Assembly: GCA_050950505.1 (NCBI GenBank)
Contig: JBMNHS010000001.1
Coordinates: 1,108,824-1,172,823, forward strand
Direction: 5' to 3'
Length of the DNA stretch: 64,000 bases
Source: Candidatus Methanomethylophilaceae archaeon
GTDB lineage: Archaea > Thermoplasmatota > Thermoplasmata > Methanomassiliicoccales > Methanomethylophilaceae
This document shows, in pieces, positions 10,812 through 18,862 of the stretch. The stretch's first letter is position 1; each line of letters begins with the position of its first letter. The notes beneath the pieces are model-generated. The model searched no databases, was not told the DNA's origin, and saw only the letters and a list, made by a program, of their open reading frames with translations. The position numbers were made by a program, and so were the translations under genes.

Positions 10812-11555
10812 ATGATAAAAAGAAGCCTGCTGAATTTCTTTTCAAGGAATAAACCCGCCGAGTCGCCGAAGGATATGGACAAAACGCCGCTGATGATGCC
10901 TTTTGTCGATGAAGGCTGCGAAAGATGCGGGAGATGTGCCGATATATGTCCTTCTTACGCCATAGAAATAACTGAAGAATGGACCATCGATGCGGGAAAG
11001 TGCATATTCTGCCTGGATTGCCTCGATGTCTGTCCCATGGGTATCATGGGCACCGTAAAAGTGCCGTTGTACGCTCTGAAAAGAGAGGATTTGGTATTCT
11101 CCGAATCCGAACCTCCCAAGGATACCGCGGAAACTCTGAACAAAGAAATAACAGACGCCATCGGAAAATCGATTTCCATAAGAGAACTGGACACGGGTTC
11201 CTGCAATGCCTGCGAAGTCGAAATCAACAATTTGGGAAATCCGTTCTATGACATGAACAGATTCGGAATGAACATCGTGGCATCGCCGAGACATGCGGAT
11301 CTGTTGCTTGTTACGGGTCCAATGTCGAGAAACATGAGATGCGCCGCGTTGAACACTTATGACGCGGTTCCGTCGCCCAAAATCGTTGTGGCGCTGGGAA
11401 CCTGTGCCATATCCGGGGGAATATACGTAAAAGGGGATGTGCTCGGCACCGGCATCACGGACACGATGAAAGTCGACCTGTTCATCCCGGGCTGTCCCCC
11501 GTCGCCGGACAGAATCGTATCGGCATTGCTGAAGGCCTTCGGACGCAATCAGTGA
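10812..11555 (+). CDS. hyfI: Ehr small subunit (HyfI/NuoB-like) with an N-terminal 2x[4Fe-4S] ferredoxin domain
   Basis: CERCGRCADICP and CIFCLDCLDVCP, then GSCNACE, ASPRHAD, GTCAISGG, PGCPP. Confidence 0.87.
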   Translation: MIKRSLLNFFSRNKPAESPKDMDKTPLMMPFVDEGCERCGRCADICPSYAIEITEEWTIDAGKCIFCLDCLDVCPMGIMGTVKVPLYALKREDLVFSESEPPKDTAETLNKEITDAIGKSISIRELDTGSCNACEVEINNLGNPFYDMNRFGMNIVASPRHADLLLVTGPMSRNMRCAALNTYDAVPSPKIVVALGTCAISGGIYVKGDVLGTGITDTMKVDLFIPGCPPSPDRIVSALLKAFGRNQ

Positions 11556-11938
11556 ATGACCGTAACGTTGAGTTTGGCGTGATCAACCACATACTGGGAA
11601 ACACTTCCCAGCACCACTCTGTCGAGTATGGTTTTGTCCGATCTTCCTATCACGATGAGAGTTGATTCGAATCTCGAGGCGGCGGAAAGAATGTTTTCAC
11701 CCACAGGGCCGGGTTCTATCACGGTATGGACTTTGATGCCTTCGGCTTTGGCGATGTCTTCGGCTTCTTTCATGTGAGTCCTGATTTTCTCCATCTCTTC
11801 CTCGTTTTCCATAATTTTCTCCGAACAGATTGAAGTGTAGATGTAGAGGGATTTTCCTGACATCTTTGCATATTCCATCGCAAAATCCAAAGCCCTGCGC
11901 GAAGCGGGTCCGCCGTCGTAGGCCAATATTACAGACAT
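11549..11938 (-). CDS. Universal stress protein (UspA family)
   Basis: ILAYDG..S.RAL, LIVIG, LGSVSQYVV. Confidence 0.88.
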   Translation of the reverse strand: MSVILAYDGGPASRRALDFAMEYAKMSGKSLYIYTSICSEKIMENEEEMEKIRTHMKEAEDIAKAEGIKVHTVIEPGPVGENILSAASRFESTLIVIGRSDKTILDRVVLGSVSQYVVDHAKLNVTVIH

Positions 11939-11996
11939 GATTCCTAATCTGCTCCTGTCAATATATAGACGTGTTCTTCGACTATATCATACACGT

Positions 11997-12521
11997 TCAT
12001 TGACGGAAACAATTGTAACTTACCGTTTCCCTGATATCTTTTCTGTTGCCGTGGGAGTTGCTAGGTTCGGCATCTTCCGCGGGATATCCCATAGGCAACA
12101 GGGCAACGGGAACAAGATTTTCCGGAAGGTTGAATTCTTTGATCACTTCCTTGGGGTCGAAGTATGCCACAAAGGTGGTTCCCAGGTCGGATTCGGTCGC
12201 CTGCAGCATCATATGGGTAATTACGATGGCAGCATCCAAAACCCCGCCGTCATCCCCGCTGAAGGGGTTTTTCCAGCTTTCTTCGGAATCATAACAAACA
12301 ATCATTACAACGGGTGCGTCAAAGTGATACTTTGTGCACTTCTTGATTTTTGACAATGATTCCTTTTCGTTGAGAACGATAATCCTCTGAGGTTGTTTGT
12401 TCACGGCGGTCGGAGCCATCCTTCCGGCTTCCAGAACTTTGTTCAGAAGTTCCGCGTCGACGGGTTTGTCACTGAATTTTCTTACCGAGTAACGTTTCTT
12501 TGCCAAATCGATGAATTTCAT
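11997..12521 (-). CDS. Nitroreductase family protein
   Basis: RYSVRKF, APTAVNKQP, MMLQAT..LGT, LPMGYP. The start is taken at MKFIDL; the ORF track starts 18 nt upstream. Confidence 0.88.
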   Translation of the reverse strand: MKFIDLAKKRYSVRKFSDKPVDAELLNKVLEAGRMAPTAVNKQPQRIIVLNEKESLSKIKKCTKYHFDAPVVMIVCYDSEESWKNPFSGDDGGVLDAAIVITHMMLQATESDLGTTFVAYFDPKEVIKEFNLPENLVPVALLPMGYPAEDAEPSNSHGNRKDIRETVSYNCFRQ

Positions 12522-12574
12522 GAATGTACCTACATTCATTCGTCATTAAATCATTGACTGTTCCATGATTGAAA

Positions 12575-13189
12575 TCACAGCAATAATACTATCTTGAATT
12601 CGATTGTGGGTCGCAATATAAGACCCATGCCTCTGCCTGCTTCCACATGCAGTGCGACAGGCCCGTCATCGCACCTCATAAAATCCCCATCGCTCAATGT
12701 GGCGGTTTTCGGAATCGTTCTCAGTGTTTTATTCCCTTCTTCAAGGCCACTTGCGGTGTAGTAGAACACGCTTTCAAGAGTACCCACTATAATCTTGATA
12801 TCGGCAACGTAGTTGACACCGTTAATCAGGACATCTATCTTAAGTTCGGCAGACGGCCCTGAAAACTCTCTCTTAACAGTTCCCAATATAATGAAATTTA
12901 CTCCTGAGGGTATCTCCAAATCGAATTCGGCACTGTTAACGCCACCGTTAAGTAGGTTATCACTACCGCCGCTTTGAACGGAAACAGCAGGATAATCGCC
13001 TTCTGTCGTTGTTACTAAAGAATATTTCGGATCTGTATTTTCATCAATGCCGACACCGCCCGCAATCTCCGGTTTAAGTTCAACCTTATTTTCGCTGATG
13101 AACACTGTGGATAAGCCAAAGACTGGTGGGACCATAAGCGCTGCCACAACGGCAATCGTTGTAATCAGAATAATATTGCTTTTTTTCAT
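12575..13189 (-). CDS. Secreted or membrane-anchored hypothetical protein
   Basis: MKK plus a hydrophobic N-terminus (signal-like), then a beta-rich body. No recognisable family. Confidence 0.6.
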   Translation of the reverse strand: MKKSNIILITTIAVVAALMVPPVFGLSTVFISENKVELKPEIAGGVGIDENTDPKYSLVTTTEGDYPAVSVQSGGSDNLLNGGVNSAEFDLEIPSGVNFIILGTVKREFSGPSAELKIDVLINGVNYVADIKIIVGTLESVFYYTASGLEEGNKTLRTIPKTATLSDGDFMRCDDGPVALHVEAGRGMGLILRPTIEFKIVLLL

Positions 13190-13562
13190 TGGACACTCTC
13201 GTCATTGCACAGTCTTTACGGTGTTATTTATCATTTTTAAGTATTTATGTATTTACTTTTATTGGCTTACAAATACCGGATAATGGGATTCTATTAAGAA
13301 TTTTAAAGAGATTTCCACACTCAGCCAGTTGATTTAAACTCTGATCCGGTAGAATAAAATGTCCTGTTGCAACAAATTTTCGTTCAGCACGTTCTAATTT
13401 TTTCAAATTCCAATCAATGTACGGATTGAAATACCTTAAGAATACAATATCGGCAAAAACACCCCTTGCCCTGTTTTCGGTGAACCGCATCGAATACGTA
13501 TCGTTTAAAATTATGAAAAAACGAGTTAGTTTCAAGTAAAAACAACAGCTACGGAACAAAAC

Positions 13563-14429
13563 ATGAACGGCAACGGAAAAACATTCGTTTTCGAAACACC
13601 GGAAGGCACCGTGGAGATGGATCTCGGCGAAGTCCGTTCTTTGGCGGAATCCGGAAACATTGACGGAATGTACGCCTACGGAATGTCCCTTGTCCTTGGA
13701 ATCGACACTCCCGCAGACGAAAGGAAAGGATACGGTTTTCTTGAAACCGCCGCGGAAGAAGGTCACCCCGAAGCCATGCTGTTTCTCGTGAAGATGTTCT
13801 TTGCCGGAAATTACAACGGAATGGACATTGAGAAATCCGTCGAATATTCCGAAAAGGCTTCCGAAGCCGGCTGTCAGGAAGCAAAATTGTATCTGGGAAC
13901 GGCTTACATGGACGGAATTCACGTAAAACAGAATTATGAAAAAGCCGCATCGTTGTTCCGACAGGCCGCCAACGCGGGATTCCAGGAGGCAAGAAACAGT
14001 CTCGCACATCTGTACGAAGAGGGTCTCGGCGTTCCCAAAGACGAAAACAAAGCCTTCAGACTTTACAGAACCGCCGCCGGGGCCGGCAACATGAACGCCA
14101 TGTTCCGTCTGGCGGTATGTTACGAGTTCGGCATCGGAACTTCCGCCGATACGGAAAAAGCGATGGAATGGTATGGGAAATCTTCCGAACTGAACGATGT
14201 TTTCGCTTTGCACAGATTGGGAATCATACATTCCGAAGGAATCATCGTGAAGGAAGATCCGAAGAAAGCTTTCGATTATTTCATGAACGCCGCATTGCAG
14301 GGTTATCCCGAATCCATGGAAGCCGTATCCGAGTGCTACGGAAAAGGATACGGTACCGAACAAAACAGAGAAGAATCAATCAAATGGAAGAAGTTGACCG
14401 AATCTTCCATAAACGACCCGATTCATTGA
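13563..14429 (+). CDS. Sel1-like repeat protein
   Basis: Repeated LG..Y..G.GV..D..KA..W/LY..AA..G units. Confidence 0.88.
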   Translation: MNGNGKTFVFETPEGTVEMDLGEVRSLAESGNIDGMYAYGMSLVLGIDTPADERKGYGFLETAAEEGHPEAMLFLVKMFFAGNYNGMDIEKSVEYSEKASEAGCQEAKLYLGTAYMDGIHVKQNYEKAASLFRQAANAGFQEARNSLAHLYEEGLGVPKDENKAFRLYRTAAGAGNMNAMFRLAVCYEFGIGTSADTEKAMEWYGKSSELNDVFALHRLGIIHSEGIIVKEDPKKAFDYFMNAALQGYPESMEAVSECYGKGYGTEQNREESIKWKKLTESSINDPIH

Positions 14430-15124
14430 AAAAACGGAATGAAATTATAAAGAACGCGGACCATCCCGTAGATATGGAAATCAACGGTTTTTTGGCCGCC
14501 GCGGAAGACGGCGATCTCAAGGCACAGCACCAACTCGCATTGATCTACATTCAGGGCGAAGCCGTTCCCCAGAATTTTGCGGAAGCGGAGAAATGGCTGA
14601 GAAAGGCTTCCGAAGCGGATCATCTTCCCTCAAAGAGGGAACTTGGGATTCTGATAGCTTCCGGTTCGGTCAAAGGAAAATATGAAACCGAAGCTTATGA
14701 CTTGCTGATAGGGCCCCTCGACCGTCTCGATCCCCGTTCGGTGTATTATCTCGCTTTGATGTACGAGAACGGAAAGGGCGTCGAAAAAGACATCCTGAAT
14801 TCCATCAGACTGTACGGCATCGCCGCAAGTCTGGGATACCCGGGGGCGGAAGAGGATTATGCCAGAGTGGAAAAAGCATACACCGAAGAAAGGCACGCCA
14901 TACTCAGATCGATGCCTCTTCTGAACCTTGAGATATCCGAAGACGGCATCGAGGCCGCCTGCTGCAAAAAGATGTTTGACGTGATTGTCACGGGCGATAT
15001 CTTTTTCATTGATTCGTACAAAGGACCCGCCCTCGGGGGCATGGACGAAGACGGCAGGGACATCGTGCTCAACGCCTGTCCTTTCTGCAGCGCACCCGTC
15101 CGGGTCATCGAAAAGAAAAAATAA
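14426..15124 (+). CDS. Sel1-like repeat protein with a C-terminal Cys-rich (CC...CPFC) domain
   Basis: Sel1 units AQHQLALIY..G..V.QN..EAEKWL and LALMYENGKGVEKD; tail ACCKKM...CPFC. The start is probably TTG 14426 (TTGA overlap) or ATG 14474, not 14117. Confidence 0.75.
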   Translation: MKKRNEIIKNADHPVDMEINGFLAAAEDGDLKAQHQLALIYIQGEAVPQNFAEAEKWLRKASEADHLPSKRELGILIASGSVKGKYETEAYDLLIGPLDRLDPRSVYYLALMYENGKGVEKDILNSIRLYGIAASLGYPGAEEDYARVEKAYTEERHAILRSMPLLNLEISEDGIEAACCKKMFDVIVTGDIFFIDSYKGPALGGMDEDGRDIVLNACPFCSAPVRVIEKKK

Positions 15125-15174
15125 TTTTTTTCTTTCTGCATTCGTTGCGAAACAATTGACGAGGACATGATACG

Positions 15175-15681
15175 ATGACCGACGAAGAGTATTACGGTGA
15201 AGAAGAGATCGAAATTCTGTGTTCCGCCGTAGATAGGAAACTGATCGAAATCTCCAGTTTCGGGAAGAAACTGTCCGAATCCGACTCGACGGAATCGAAG
15301 AAAAAATACGAAAACATCATCGATTTGCTTTATTCCGACATCGTCGGATACAAAACGGCGATATCGGAAATCACCGGCGAAGCGTTCAGCATCGCAGATT
15401 TGGATTACGACACGGATATGACGCCGGAATACGACGCGGAAGAAGTTTACGACATGTACCTCGAAGAACTGGACGAGGCGTCCAGAATCGAAGATATGAA
15501 GCAAATGGGGCTGAAGGCGGAGTTCTTCAGAGACCTTATCGATCAATCGTATTATTCGGCCGGATTGAGGGTTCTTTCCGACGAATCGTTGCGCAGGGAA
15601 ATCATGGATTACGATGCGGTTCTGATAAACATCGGAAAAGCGGTGATGGAAGAAGATTCGCTGAGGAAACACTTTCTCTGA
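15175..15681 (+). CDS. Acidic hypothetical protein
   Basis: Clean ORF with a GAGG RBS upstream, very D/E-rich. No motif recognised. Confidence 0.6.
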   Translation: MTDEEYYGEEEIEILCSAVDRKLIEISSFGKKLSESDSTESKKKYENIIDLLYSDIVGYKTAISEITGEAFSIADLDYDTDMTPEYDAEEVYDMYLEELDEASRIEDMKQMGLKAEFFRDLIDQSYYSAGLRVLSDESLRREIMDYDAVLINIGKAVMEEDSLRKHFL

Positions 15682-15817
15682 AACCGTGACGGACAGAATA
15701 TGCAGACGAAACAACGTCCAACGGGATTGAATGAAACATCGGCATGCGGACAAACAATCATTATAACTTCAATCATACATGCGAAGTCGCTGAATAATCA
15801 AGGAGGGATTCAGAAAA

Positions 15818-16477
15818 ATGTCATTTTCAACATGCAAATACGACCGTGAGCTTAGATTCATCTGGTCCAGACTCAACTATTTGAAGAAGAATATGGACTC
15901 CGGCAAAATCATCGGAGACGAACTGAAAGAAGCAGAAAAAGAATACGACATGCTTCATGAACGGCAGAAGGATATTGAAACCACATACATAGACGGCGGA
16001 TTGGGCGATTACCTGGTTGAATTCAAAGCCCGCTGCTTGTCGCCGCCCCTCAATCCCGAAGATTTCGGATTGTTTCTTGAAGGGGATGATGACGAGGACG
16101 AGGCCGTCGAAGTTCAATGCCCCGCCTGCGAACACCCGTTGGCACAGATTACGTCCATAAACATGGAAATCGCCGAATTGGACAACGCATTGGTCAACGC
16201 TCAGCTGAACGGAAACGATGCCGAGTGCAAGAAATTGGAAATGTCCATCGAATCCCTGAAAGCCAGACGAGCCGATCTTATCGAACTGTCCAGAGCCATG
16301 GAGAGAGAAGCCGAAGAACAGGAAGAACCCGTTCAGGTCTCCGACGCCGAACTTGATGAAATCAAGAAGGATGTCGCCTCTCTCAGAACCCAGATGGGCA
16401 TACTCCGTTCAGACGTTCTGGAACTCAAGGGATTGGTGGCCCAACTGTCCGATTACATAGACGTGCGTCAACGGTGA
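15818..16477 (+). CDS. Hypothetical coiled-coil protein
   Basis: GGAGG RBS, heptad-rich C-terminal half, a single CPAC motif, and a hairpin after the stop. Confidence 0.6.
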   Translation: MSFSTCKYDRELRFIWSRLNYLKKNMDSGKIIGDELKEAEKEYDMLHERQKDIETTYIDGGLGDYLVEFKARCLSPPLNPEDFGLFLEGDDDEDEAVEVQCPACEHPLAQITSINMEIAELDNALVNAQLNGNDAECKKLEMSIESLKARRADLIELSRAMEREAEEQEEPVQVSDAELDEIKKDVASLRTQMGILRSDVLELKGLVAQLSDYIDVRQR

Positions 16478-16490
16478 TATCGGTACAAAC

Positions 16491-16522
16491 AACCTTTCCC
16501 GACCGAACCGCCGGGAAAGGTT
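16491..16522. terminator. Hairpin between convergent genes (likely terminator)
   Basis: AACCTTTCCCG...CGGGAAAGGTT, an 11-bp stem followed by T's. Confidence 0.6.
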
Positions 16523-16544
16523 TTTCAAAACAAATTTGCGAAAA

Positions 16545-16856
16545 TCAATCATCGGGTTCGTAAATGAACCCCCTGGTGTATCCGCCGCGGTCATTCTTGA
16601 TGATTTTCCTCATACGGACCATCTCTTCTTCCGGGTAGCCCATAAGAGCGCTCAGGGCATAAGCGACTTCGATCAAATCGATCATAACATCGGGATCGTC
16701 CTTCTCAAGGAATGTCTCGGCATTACGCAACAATCTTTTCTTCAGCATATCGAAACGTTCGTTCCGGTCGGATTTGCGGAAGATTCCTTCGTAACCTTCG
16801 CCGTCCATCAGGTCCGGTTCAAGGTCTCTCACAACTCTTACGTCCTCATCGCGCAT
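16545..16856 (-). CDS. MazG/HisE-like nucleoside-triphosphate pyrophosphohydrolase family (COG4997-like), degenerate
   Basis: VRD..PD N-terminus, DLIEV..AL, and R..K..RGGY..G C-terminus. The EExxE acidic motif is missing. Confidence 0.6.
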   Translation of the reverse strand: MRDEDVRVVRDLEPDLMDGEGYEGIFRKSDRNERFDMLKKRLLRNAETFLEKDDPDVMIDLIEVAYALSALMGYPEEEMVRMRKIIKNDRGGYTRGFIYEPDD

Positions 16857-16937
16857 GACTGAGTGAGCGACGAAGGGAATAAAAAATTAACCCAAGGTCA
16901 AGCAAATTCATTATACGGATAACCGCATTCTGAAACC

Positions 16938-17750
16938 ATGTTTGCGGATGCCTGCGAGAAAGCGGCCAAATTCGTACGTCCGGTAATCATATCCACCCGC
17001 CGAAGGGACGGCGTGGTGGAAGCATCCTGCGGTACGTTCTTCGTAATCAACGACAAGGGATGGATCATAACCGCAGGTCACCTTTACGACAAATACGTAA
17101 AATTCCGTTCCGATGCGAAAAGAAAAGACAACGACCCTACAATATTGACGAACCATTCTTTTTGGTGGGGTTGGGACGGGGTGCATTTGACAAACATTTA
17201 CGTCAACAGACAAATCGATCTCACCATAGGAAAACTGGAACCTTTCGATCCCAGTTGGATCAAAGAATATCCGGTGTTCAGAAATCCGGAAACACTCCGG
17301 CCGGGAACAAGTCTCTGCCGTTTGGGATTCCCTTTTGTGGAAGTCGCTTCTGATTTTGACGAGGACACGAAATCATTCAAGATTCGAAAAGGCGTTCTGC
17401 CGATGACGCTGTTCCCCAACGAAGGGATGCATACAAGAAACGTGTTCAAGGGCAAAAGCAAAGACGGGAACTACGACATGCTGTACGTGGAAACGTCCAC
17501 GCCGGGCCTGAGGGGGCAGTCAGGAGGGCCGATATACGACCGGAACTGCAGGATATGCGCCGTTCAGGTGCAGACCGCCCATTTTCCCCTTGGATTCCAT
17601 CCCGCCATCGAATACGAGGGGGAAACCATGGTTGAGAACCAATTCCTCAACGTAGGGCTGGGAATCCACGTAAAGACGTTGCTGAAGATACTGGAAGACC
17701 GGAACGTGAAGTTCCGGGTTGACGGTAAACCGGACAGCAATGAATTCTGA
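16938..17750 (+). CDS. Trypsin-like serine protease (no signal peptide)
   Basis: CGTFF, ITAGH (His), IDL (Asp), GQSGGP (Ser). Confidence 0.8.
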   Translation: MFADACEKAAKFVRPVIISTRRRDGVVEASCGTFFVINDKGWIITAGHLYDKYVKFRSDAKRKDNDPTILTNHSFWWGWDGVHLTNIYVNRQIDLTIGKLEPFDPSWIKEYPVFRNPETLRPGTSLCRLGFPFVEVASDFDEDTKSFKIRKGVLPMTLFPNEGMHTRNVFKGKSKDGNYDMLYVETSTPGLRGQSGGPIYDRNCRICAVQVQTAHFPLGFHPAIEYEGETMVENQFLNVGLGIHVKTLLKILEDRNVKFRVDGKPDSNEF

Positions 17751-17763
17751 ATGACCGATTGAT

Positions 17764-17949
17764 TCATTCCGTGGAAATTGCGGCAACGGGGCAGGCATCC
17801 ACCGCCGACTGAACGCATTCCTCTTCATTCTCTTCCGGTTGTCTTTTGACTCTGGACACGGATTCCATGTCGAGTTCGAAAATCACAGGGCATTCTTCTT
17901 CGCATCTTCCGCATCCGATGCATTCGTCTTCGTCGATTATGACTATCAT
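17764..17949 (-). CDS. Single-cluster ferredoxin
   Basis: CIGCGRC...CP..F...AVDACPVAAI, 61 aa. Confidence 0.88.
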   Translation of the reverse strand: MIVIIDEDECIGCGRCEEECPVIFELDMESVSRVKRQPEENEEECVQSAVDACPVAAISTE

Positions 17950-17972
17950 GATTTTAGGGGGATGAGCGTTTG

Positions 17973-18712
17973 TTATAATTGGTTTTTTCGTTTCTTCTCC
18001 TGTGCTTTATCGTAGTATTCCCGGAGTTCTTCGACGGACAGGGTGCTGTTTCTTCTGCGGTGAATCATGCGGTGACAGTTGGAACACAGGCAGGTAAGGT
18101 CTTGGACGGGATCGATGAGAAGCTCCCCTTTAAATGTCGAAACGGGTTTGTTGTGATGTACTTCGATGAATCCTTTGCCGGGATTTCCGTAGCTTTCTTC
18201 GAAGTTGAAGCCGCATATCATACAGCTGCGACCGTGAGCCCTGATGGCGTTTTCACGATTTCGGGGATCGCGTTCATAACGTGTTGAATATACCTTGGTT
18301 TCTTTGCCGTCTATATAGCTTTCAAAAACGTCTTTGCGATTAACGTCGTCAAAATATCCAATTTCAGAAGATATGGAAATTTCGTAGTTGTTATCCGAGG
18401 CGTGTTCAAATGCTAAATAAGGAAAGTCTTCGGGATTGAAGAGAGAATGATTTGGAAAATTTCTACAAAGCTCTTTACTTAATTTTGAATCCCAAAAAAC
18501 CTAATTTGACCTAATTAACCAGACTCCCTTGCAAAATAAGCGGGTATATGTTCCTCTTCTTCAATCAGAGTAATTATACGCTTTTTCCCATGTTCCATAT
18601 CATCTACGTTAAAAAATTGATATGATTTTCTAGAGGGTGTCAAACCCCGATGTTCAAAGCATGATTTATCTGTTCTTTTGGCGGTTATTTTATTACCGAA
18701 ACCGACCCAAGA
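17973..18712 (-). pseudogene. McrA-like HNH restriction endonuclease, disrupted
   Basis: The 3' part reads YERDPRNRENAIRAHGRSCMICGFNF...IEVHH.KP...LCSNCHRMIH. Upstream, SWVGFGNKITAKRTDKSCFEH... is broken by a TAA and a frameshift near 18495-18520. The 5' end is approximate. Confidence 0.75.
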
Positions 18713-18862
18713 TTTATTTTTAAAATCATATTCTTACCAAATTTTTCTTATTTGAAACCACATTTCAAATATATCATAGCTCACTGTCTTCCTTTTACTA
18801 AGTCCAACATTATAAATATTGTTTACGAAACCTATTTAACACGTTTAGATTCTTTATTATTA

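Noticed and set aside
13190-13562. AT-rich 370-bp intergenic region as a possible gene remnant or ncRNA
   Set aside because: No convincing ORF, repeat or stem was found. It is consistent with divergent promoters.
14117-14425. Possible frameshifted single Sel1 gene or an extended N-terminus
   Set aside because: The overlapping 100 codons are non-protein-like in that frame, both genes are self-contained, and a TTGA stop/start overlap explains the junction.
18501-18503. TAG in frame with the HNH 3' part as a possible Pyl codon
   Set aside because: The homologous upstream sequence is in another frame and contains TAA, so the gene is a pseudogene regardless.
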